Source: Eledone cirrhosa (lineage: Eukaryota). From it: a stretch of 64,000 bases of DNA. Both the position numbers and the translations under genes were made by a program. The stretch is from NCBI GenBank assembly GCA_964016885.1, contig OZ024746.1, positions 23,188,001-23,252,000 of the forward strand, read 5' to 3'. The notes beneath the pieces are model-generated. The model searched no databases. It had not been told where the DNA came from and saw nothing but the letters and a program-made list of their open reading frames with translations. Shown here piece by piece: positions 54,505-64,000 of the stretch. How positions within the stretch are numbered: the stretch's first letter is position 1; each line of letters opens with the position of its first letter.

Positions 54505-57500
54505 GTAAGTTTCTTTAAAAATTACCTTTTTATTGTTATTATTAATAACATTTAAAATTAATACCATCATCATTCTCATCAGCATCGCCTTCATTGTCAT
54601 CATTCTCAGCATCCTCCCCTTCATCATCATCATCATCATCAGCGGCAACAGTATCTTTTATTGTTATTATATATCTAAAAATGTGATATGTCATCGATAA
54701 ATACGTCTTAGGGCCATCTTCTCCCCTCGATGTTTTCTCTTAAAGTTTTTTTTATAACTCTTAGTTAAGTTTTTTTATATATATATGTATATATAAATTA
54801 GAATTTTATTAACAATTTAGCTGACATATGCAAACTGCGAAAGTATTTTTCTCTTGGTTTTTATTGTCTGTCTGTCTCTTTACAATGACAAGTCTTCGTT
54901 GTTAGAGTCATGTTCAGTAGAATAGAAACTCGAATCGGGTGTTACAAGGCAAATATATTTGACAGTTAAAAGAGAAAGGTATGAAACGAGAGATCATTAT
55001 AATATTTATTAGGTGACAATGGTTATAAAAGAACTCTTGGATCATATATGAAAGCAAATTATAGATAGTAGACGTAGCTTAGAGGTCAAGAAAACTAGTG
55101 CTGAAGTCCTTCAACTTACACAAAATATCTGTTTTTGGATTCGTTCTCACTGGATAACTAATGCGTGGGATTTCGAAAGTGCATCAGTTGTTTGAACAAC
55201 AATGGCAACAAACAGCATGGCATGGTTCTATATGTCTGTAAGATTGTTTGCTTTCTGGGTTGGGACACTTCGATCTTCGTTCGAGCAGTTGTATCAAGGA
55301 AGTTTGTTTTTTTTAAGTGTGGTTCGATCTTCAATCATCTCGTTTTCTCCGATATTTCAGTGGAGCCCACTTTTCAACAGTATCATCAGTTGAAATAAAT
55401 GAAGCGGAAATATTTCTATGAACTTGTTCTGGAAATTTTGGTGGGTTCCATGTAGTCGGTCTTACTGGTCTCGAGAGTGGGGGTAAGATCGCAAAGGCTC
55501 TGGGACACAACCCTTTTTCTCCAGACCAGATGAAAACAAGAGAGTGTTACTAATGTTCTACATTTTATACCACTTATTTGAAATAATAACTTAGATCCCT
55601 TTGAAAGAATTTGGTTGTCTACCCACGTGCACCCGGACTTGTGAGGTTTTCAACTTGATTGGGATTTCAGATCATAAATCTTCTTGCTCTGTCACTAATT
55701 AACGTACATATTGAAAGAAGTTTAATTTTTTTTTTTTTTTTCATATCATTTTAGAAGTTGCGATGAAAGGAATACACTTAGACGATCGGGTTTCTTTAGA
55801 GTCTCGTAGTTTGTTATTGCACTTGTTTATATTCCATACACGTATTTTCTTCAATCAACCTAAGAATTATTTATATTCCACACATTAGATCTATCCTCAT
55901 TCAAACCAAGGAATAATTTATATTTCATACATGCAGATCTCTCTTCATTCAAACCAAAGAATAATCAAGACTTTTTTTTTTTTTTTAAGAATAGCAAAGT
56001 AATTGCTGATTTAAAAGAAAACACGTAGTTATTCTAGTATAACATATCGAGGCCCCACGGAGAGATCTTTCGGTCATTGACCATCGTTGTCGGTATATTT
56101 TTGTCTGTAATGATGCTTCCATGCCAATTCCATGCAGTTCCTATTCTCAGATATTCTTCGCTCTGCTTTATGTTGCCAACTGCTTTGCGGACATTACGGG
56201 ATACGAAGTACATTGTTCATTATTGTATAACCGATATATCTACCAAAGGAAACTGAGACTTTCAATTCTTTTAATTTGTTTTGTCTAGCAGAAAGGGTTA
56301 ATCAAAAATTAATTAGGAAGATGTTCTCAGATATTTGTCTTACAGTAGTGTTACTTGAAACTTCAAACGTTCTCTCTCTCCTCCTCTGAATTGATCTCAA
56401 TGTATTATGTATATATTGAGCATTCGATACTCAACGTTTACCCGCCCTAGATAGATAGGTACTCAACGTTGTACCATGATTAGTGTTTACCATATTTGAA
56501 GAATACATATTCTCCTTCTAGTCTTTGGGTGTAGTTGTTCGGGGGATTGAGGTTCTAGTCTCAAAAGGGACATACAGTTACGTTTTTAAGGTCATGGTGG
56601 CCTTGTGACTTCAGTTTTTTTAGGGTGGGGGGGTCCTCACAGTTATCTACCCACCTCGTCACAGTATTGTGGAGACGGTTTTCAGGATCATAAATAGAGA
56701 ATTTCTAATTTTTTTATTGCCCTTGCTGTACATTTTCACCAAGTGTAGTTCTTAAATATTTTTTACTTCCGACTAAAAGAATCATTTGTATTAATTGTGT
56801 AGGTCAATCAGTAACACACTAGTTCTCCAAAATAAAACTCTTATCTCCGCCCCATCCCTTTCCAGTTAGGGGGCGACATTCGGAACGTCAACAATCGAAT
56901 GTGGAAATATTGAATCGCTAGTGTAAGGATTTTTCAGCTGTTCCTTTCTGAAATGTCAGTTTAATCGTCAAAGACCTTGTCTGTGATATATCGTTATTGG
57001 TTTGACCGAATTTATTCCTGTATTCCCTTCGTCTATGGAATGACTCCTATCATCTTGTCAAATATAATCAATTTTCTTCCGAGATTTATCAATGAAATCA
57101 AGCAAAAACAAATACAGAATTGCAAAGGAACATGCTTTCCTCATAAATTCTATTTCACAAATTCCAAAATGGACAATTAAATTATATTAATATGAAATAG
57201 TAATTTTTTTTAAATGTTTATAATATTATTGAATTAGTTTCAAGAAGCTATTTTGGCACAAATTGACAATTTATCAATTCTCTGTCATTCAGTATTTTTA
57301 AGTGGCGGGAGAGAGAGAGAGAGGAATCGCACGTACTTTTCTATTTTCTTCGTAGTATATGATGTTATAAATATTCTTAATTGTGTGTATGTTATGTAGT
57401 GTGTGTGTATAGAGTGATGTTCAAGTGATTGTCTAAGAGAGAGGAGGGTGAGGGGAAGTTGTGATGACAGGTAAAAGAATGGGAAAAAATATGATCTTTC

Positions 57501-57573
57501 GTAAGAGGTAGACAGAATGTGATTCGTTAAATTGGTGTTTGTCGACATTCTCCATATACGAAAAATCCTCCCC

Positions 57574-57606
<33 letters not shown>

Positions 57607-58303
57607 AGCTTTATTTTTTGTATAGGTAAAATGCCAATTTCATTGTTTACTTTCCTTCTACCTCTTACGAAAGATCGCCGAAAACAGTAATATTCTGAGA
57701 GGGTTTCATTCAACTATAACCCTTTACGCCCAAACCCTTGCCAACATCAGTATTAGGGAAACAAGGTGGTAGATGGCGGAAATGAAAGGGTTTTAAATAC
57801 GTTTGTGGTCTTAAGCTACGTTCCTTTATATTCTGTGTTCAAATCACATTGGGGTCAACTTTGCTGGTCATTTTTCCGGTGACCATAGAAACAGTCACTG
57901 ATTTTAGTCCCGTTTGTTAGGAGCATTAGGCCACGAGACACCTTCACCTAGTTCGGTAGCAAGCCCTTGTCTCTAGCACATGCACATGAGAGGAGACGGG
58001 GGATTAGTTGATTATATCGACCCAGTATTTCACTGGTACTTCATGACCTGAAGGAAAATTGAAAGACAACCATTGAACTCAACGGGATTTGAAATAAGTA
58101 CCAGTCATACAATGGTGTGATTAATTCGACAGTACTGAATTGGCAGAATCGCTACGTCCTGAGTTCAAATCCTGCAGGGAGGCGATAATATCATGTACCA
58201 GTCAAATATTGGATTTAAGAATCCTATAAAACATGCGAATATATATATATATTTGCATGTTTTATAAGATTCTTAAATCCAATAAATTAACACATATTTG
58301 TGT

Positions 58304-58352
<49 letters not shown>

Positions 58353-59665
58353 AATGTGTTAATTTATTCAGTTATGTGTATCTATAAGGAGATTCATGTA
58401 TGTGTATATGTATAAAAATGTATAGGGGCGAATTTATTTAAGTGTGTATAATCTATAAGCAGTCGTAAATATGTGTGCATATAGATGTATACAAATGTAT
58501 TTATGTTTATATTTGTAAGATGTATGTGTATATATGAGAGAAAGAGAGAATATGAGGGAATTTATTTAACTATATGTGTGTATATATGTATAAGCAGGTG
58601 CGTATATATGTGTGTGCGCGCGCCTGCGCGGTCTCAGATTTACTTACAGTTTCCAGCTCAGTACATGTGCACTAAGCAGCTCAGTGCGTGTAAACTTAAA
58701 CACGTGACTGACGTCCTGAAAAGCTCTTCGCTGCGTATATAGGTTAACTAATTTCTCTCATTCATTCGCATTAAACATGCTGTTTCCCTTTAAAACCCTT
58801 TTTTAATGTACTTTCTTCAAAATAAAGCCTGCCGTAGAAATATCTTATTTTCAAGCCCCACAAATGTCCACTTCTAAGTCCGTGTGTTCTCTATACAGCT
58901 AAGATTCTGTGTTGTTGGTTAGAAGCTATTTACAATGTTTTTGTGTCGTCGTATCAAAAGAATGAATAAGTTAATTGGTTAAAATATATTTTAGTGACGT
59001 AAAGATTTCAGTGTCACCTTTCCAGTTAGGTTTTTTTTTTTCTTTGTTAGTGTCTGTGTATGTCATTGCCTCAACCCCGATATTTATGTATGTGTACACA
59101 TATATGTGTGTATGTATTGTGTACAAATTACGTAGATCGCATAAACATTTACTGAATGAGAACTCAATACATGTGAGGAGTGTATAAGATATATATTTTG
59201 TTTTTTTACAAAGTCTGTCTGAAACAGTATCAACGACGCCGCAACTCCGATGTCACTGCTACCTTTTCCTTCTACACGCGCACACACTGTGTATCTGTGT
59301 ATTAAAAGGGGATCGATCTGTATATTGTTATACTTTCTTTTCGCGGTCCAAGCTAATACCTATAACAATATAGATGTCAGATTTTACAAATAATAATAAC
59401 AATAATTTCAATGTTAAACACTTTGATGAAAGGGGAATTGTTAGTCGATTAAATCGATCCCCAGAACTTGACTGGTACTTTTATTGTATGATTTATAGCA
59501 AAATAGACCTTGACATGTTTTGAACTGAATACTGCAAAACATTTTGTCCGACACTCCAACGATTCTGCCAGCCCATCTATCTGATAATTAATTAAAATAA
59601 TAACCCTACGAGGAAAAAATTCAGGGCACTAAAATAAAAAATAATTTTCTAAAATAGCTTAGATT

Positions 59666-59719
<54 letters not shown>

Positions 59720-59720
<1 letters not shown>

Positions 59721-59875
59721 AAATTCAGGACCCCAACGGTCGGATCTAGCTGTCGAAACGGCCAGAGCTCAGCCCTCGGAGTCCTGAATGTGTTCATATT
59801 ACCCACTCTACTACCCCAAGTATCGAGTATTCTGGTTAGTTATGGTCTAGTTGGTTTTTGACACCTCCAATCTGA
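59720..59875 (+). mobile_element. Family C element, diverged, with degenerate 5' fold-back
   Basis: GTCGAAACGGCCAGAGCTCAGCC..ATTACCCACTCTACTACCCCAAGTATCGAGTA homologous to 7195-7319. Confidence 0.7.
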
Positions 59876-59982
59876 TATATATATATATATATCAACATGA
59901 ATGGACTTGTTATTTTTATCTAAAGACATTTTTTCCAATTCCATCCCGCCCGTCCCCGCCATCTATTTTATTTCTCACTCTT

Positions 59983-60018
59983 TCTTCTGATGAAGGACTA
60001 GCGTCCGAAACGTTAAGA
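59983..60018 (+). ncRNA. Minimal type I hammerhead ribozyme motif
   Basis: ucuu CUGAUGA A GGAC uagc GUCC GAAA CG UU aaga; TA-flanked segment 59892-60092. Confidence 0.8.
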
Positions 60019-60109
60019 CCCTCTTTGTGCTATATCAAGCGTTAACCTAATATACTGTACCGATTGTGTTGTTATTTCTGTTTACCTTTTACATATATAT
60101 ATATATATA

Positions 60110-60269
60110 TAACGAAGGAGTTGTGGTAAGGAACCAGATGGACCATAACGCACCAGAATACTCAATACTTAGGGTAGTAGAGTGGGTAATTGGAGAAAGT
60201 ATGACCCCGACGGCAGAGCGCAAGCCGTCGAAACGGCTTGAGCTCTGCCGTCGGGGTCATACTTTCTCA
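60110..60269 (-). mobile_element. Family C element with fold-back palindrome
   Basis: Homologous to 29894-30072; arms gagaaagtatgaccccgacgg..aagccgt / acggctt..ggggtcatactttctc around cgaa. Confidence 0.8.
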
Positions 60270-60304
60270 TATATATATATATATAATTACAACAGTGACA
60301 TAAG

Positions 60305-60352
60305 CAGGTACTCAAGTTTCGTTGGGCTCTGGGCCCTAACTCATTCAGCCTG
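60305..60352 (-). ncRNA. Hammerhead-like motif with 8-nt core CUGAAUGA within palindrome 60283-60464
   Basis: cagg CUGAAUGA GUUaGGGC ccaga GCCCAAC GAAAC UUGA GUA ccug; mirror copy at about 60395-60442(+) with UUGAAUGA. Confidence 0.6.
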
Positions 60353-60884
60353 TCATGAGAAAAATAGAAATCCTTGTTTTTATTTTTCTCATGACAGGTT
60401 GAATGATTTGGGGCCCAGAACCCAACGAAACTAGAGTACCTGTTTATGCCACTGTTGTAATTATTTATGCTAAACTTGCCCTATGGACTGAGTGCTCTTA
60501 CTCTTGGATATTTCCACTTAACTTTTACTTCAGTATATCATCATCATCATCATTTTATGTGTGCTTTTCCCTGCTTATATATAATATTATTTTTCTACAA
60601 TTTATGCTCCTCAGAACTAGCTGACCTCATGTCATTTCCACTCAGGCACTACCACCCACATTCGTCTCTCCTCTCCTCCTCTCCTCAAACATATTGTGTC
60701 CACCCTCCAACCCCAAAGCCTTATATATACCCTGTTGATCCTACCTAGAATGTCATCTCTCTGGAATTCTTTCCTGGGTCATGTATTTTATGTTTAAACT
60801 AAACATCAATAACAAATCTCATTGATCTCAGAGGGCATGAAAAGGTTATGGACACTGACCCTTCCTCCACCCCTAGCTACACAT

Positions 60885-60916
<32 letters not shown>

Positions 60917-63900
60917 GGAGGACCCTTCAGTCATGTCATGGACATGACAGCTTACTTAGTGTTGGTGATCTACATGATAAACGCACCTAGTACACACTGT
61001 AAAGTGATTGGTGATAGGAAGGACATCCAGCCATAGAAAGCTTGCCACACAAAAGGTTGAGAAGACCTCTCTTGTGCACTCAGTAGAACATGTGACTGTA
61101 CATAAGCAAGATGACAGATCCCTGGCTTGTCTGAGAGATCAGTAGCCCTGCTTCAATACTGGCTTGGTCTATGTAGACCAGTCCAACCCATGCTAACAGG
61201 GAAAGCAATGAGGATATACCAGGCTTCTGCCATTTCTACCCACCAAATTTTTGACATTATGCTGATTGATATTCATTATCATCATAAAATGAGAAAGCAT
61301 GATTTAATTTCTGAGTTTATGTTTAGACATCCAACTTTTTTCTGTGTCTCCTTAGTCTAATCCCACTGGTTCCAGCTAAATGTGTGTGTGTGGGGGGGGG
61401 GGGGGGGGGGCACCATGTGGCATATCATGGAAGATGGTCTGCACTGAAGCGGCATAACAGTAGCAAAAGTCCAAAAGTCTCTGGTATAGACCCACAATGA
61501 CATTTGTATTGCTAGCAGATCTAGAAACCAAACCTGAGTTAAAAAAACACCCAATACAGAGACCGTTGTTGTCCAACTGGATACCAGTTAGTTGCATGGA
61601 TATAGTATTTAGCCAGGTGTTACTATGAGACTGGGTGACAGCCAAGACATGCCAGTTGGTGCTGATCAAACTGAAAACAATTGTATTTTAGGAAAGAAAG
61701 AAGAGAACTTTATCTTCCAATCTCATTTCATATCCAATCTATTCCAAATACCAGGACTTGACTGGCCACTTCCTTTTTGTGCCAGTTGCCATTGTGACCT
61801 CTGATGCATTTGGTCCCTGAACTACTATTTTCCTCTTCAAAATTGGAAGGAGTGAATCCTGCCTGAGGACAGAGCCCATGAGGTGGAGTGACTAATGCAA
61901 CAGGTACCATTAGCTGTTCTTTGAGACAAGACTTTTGTCATTTTGTCCATAGGTCACAGTTGAGATATACCACCCAGACTGAAGAGTAGTCTGCTGTGGT
62001 TGATTCTTTCCCTATGTTACTCTCTCTTCTTCTCTAAAAGAAACCGGTTGCATTCAGACTTGTAGAAGGGTGGGCTTTGCCAGATTTAAAATGTTCAAGA
62101 CATGCTGTATGTTACTACAGTGCAGTTATGGGTCCATATATACATACAGTACAATGTGGATATCCTGTCTCAGCTACAGGAGTTGAAACTTCAGAAAAGT
62201 GAGTTTTTATTGGAAGGGTGTATAATTCTTCTCAGTCTATTTCACTATTGAAGATGTTGGCTATACAAATATTGTAAAGATGTTGATGGTTATCTGCACT
62301 TCTTGATAATTTGGTATAGCTGATAATTACGGGTTCTAGTTGCAATGAAACTGAACTTAAAATATTTATTATAATATTTGAAGGTTTGGCTGACTCATTA
62401 GTGTGTCAGAATACATGCCTTGATGTTTGTTCTGGCTGTCTCTACTCTGATTTCAAATTCTGCTATGGTCAACTTTCCCTTTCATACTTTCAATATTGAT
62501 AAAATAAAGTACCAATTCAAGGCAGTGAGTTTGTGAAATATGGATTCTTTGCAGTATCTGTTTTGGCTCTGTGTGTTCTTAGTTCAAATCCCACATCAGG
62601 TAACTGGAAAATTGTTGACATTTCTGAGATGAGTTATGTCTAGCTGATAGTATACTCCTTCCCTAGCATGCTGGCCTCCCTTGGAATGTAACTGGCCTAA
62701 AAGACCAAAAATATTCTTACATAGAATCATGATGAGTAGTTTTAATACAGCACCCAGTTCACCCTTGAAAGTGGTAGTGCTGATGCCATGACAAATGCAC
62801 CCAGTCAACCCTGTAAGGTGGTCATGCTCATGACACAACAAAAAGCACCCAGTCCACATTGTAATGGTTAGCATTAGAATGGCATCCAGCTGTAGAAACC
62901 AAGCCAAAGTACAGATCCGTATGAGCAAAACATGGTCACCTAACACCTGACATGTCTCATAACATGACAGCCTGTCTAATCCATGCAAGTCTGGAAAATG
63001 GACATTAAATGAGGATGATGTATAACAGCAGCAAGTGTTTTAAGGCCATTTTCCCTGCTAAAGCAGAGGTTAGCCATGCAGGCCCTATGAAATGGCATCC
63101 TTTTTAAAGCAATGTTTTATGGCCGGATGTCCTTCTTGCTGCCTAGCCTTTTAGTTGGCTCTTATGACATGCAGGAATATGGTTATAGTGTACCTGTTCG
63201 AAACCGGATACACACTGCATTTTAGAACAGGAGGTTTAAGGACAGTTATAGATGGTTTGGTATTAAAAGGTTAATCTGTTCTTACTGATATGTTTGCTTG
63301 TAGTTAGCTGATACAGTTGTATTGCTGTAGTGTTTCCTGAGCTGTTTGTTTGTAATGAAAGTAGTTGGGGATTTCCTGATAAATAAAGTAGAAAATTATC
63401 AGTAAGTAATAATCTTGATAAAAATAATTAGAACAAGTGTATAATTTGATGTTAATACTCATCTACACCAATAATTGTGTTAATTTAGAGCAAACAACTG
63501 TAAAAATATATATAGAAAATATGTCGCCTGATGCCCAGTATGCTGTCAGTATTTACAGAATATTTTCCTAATATTGTGTTAAACCTTTTGTTAAACCAAC
63601 TGAAGCTACATCTGGTTCTACAATACAAAGCTGTTTATTTTAAAGTGTTTATATTTTTCTAAAAAAAAACATTCATCATAATTTCATATAAGAACCTTTG
63701 TTAAGTTATACTCCAAACACCACTTAATAATGAGAATGTTAATTATACAATCAAATTTTTTCTAAATACTTAATTACATTGAAATTATTTGAAAATCATA
63801 GACAGTGTCTCCAGACACAAGCTTCAATCTTTTGTTACCATATTTCTAATGAAAGATACTGCCTTTGATTTTCAAATGATTTTGAAAATAATCAAGAATT

Positions 63901-64000
63901 TAAATACATTTAAAAAAATAAACTTTTTTGTTATTAAGTTGTTATTTAGACTTAAAAACTTAAAAAATGTTTTTACATGAAATTATGATGAAAGATTTTT

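Overview
AT-rich, repeat-dominated eukaryotic (animal) DNA. The abundant SINE families and extreme (TA)n/(CA)n density resemble octopod cephalopod genomes, but this is an inference and was not verified. No complete protein-coding gene is evident, and nearly all tracked ORFs are microsatellite or minisatellite read-through. Recognisable content: dozens of SINE copies from at least three families; decayed DNA transposons (hAT Buster/Charlie, Tc1/mariner, Helitron); retroelement remnants (R4/Dong, CRE-like, CR1/L2, RTE, Ty3/Gypsy gag, Penelope GIY-YIG); several minisatellites; and one plausible first coding exon at 54384-54504. The most striking signal is a dense, diverse set of short elements inserted in (TA)n tracts that carry minimal type I hammerhead ribozyme motifs (about 13 motifs in 10 elements, read by eye). 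Many form long fold-back palindromes with a ribozyme on each strand, some have very long stem II or an 8-nt core variant, and one sits downstream of a Penelope endonuclease remnant. All structures were read by eye and none is computationally validated.
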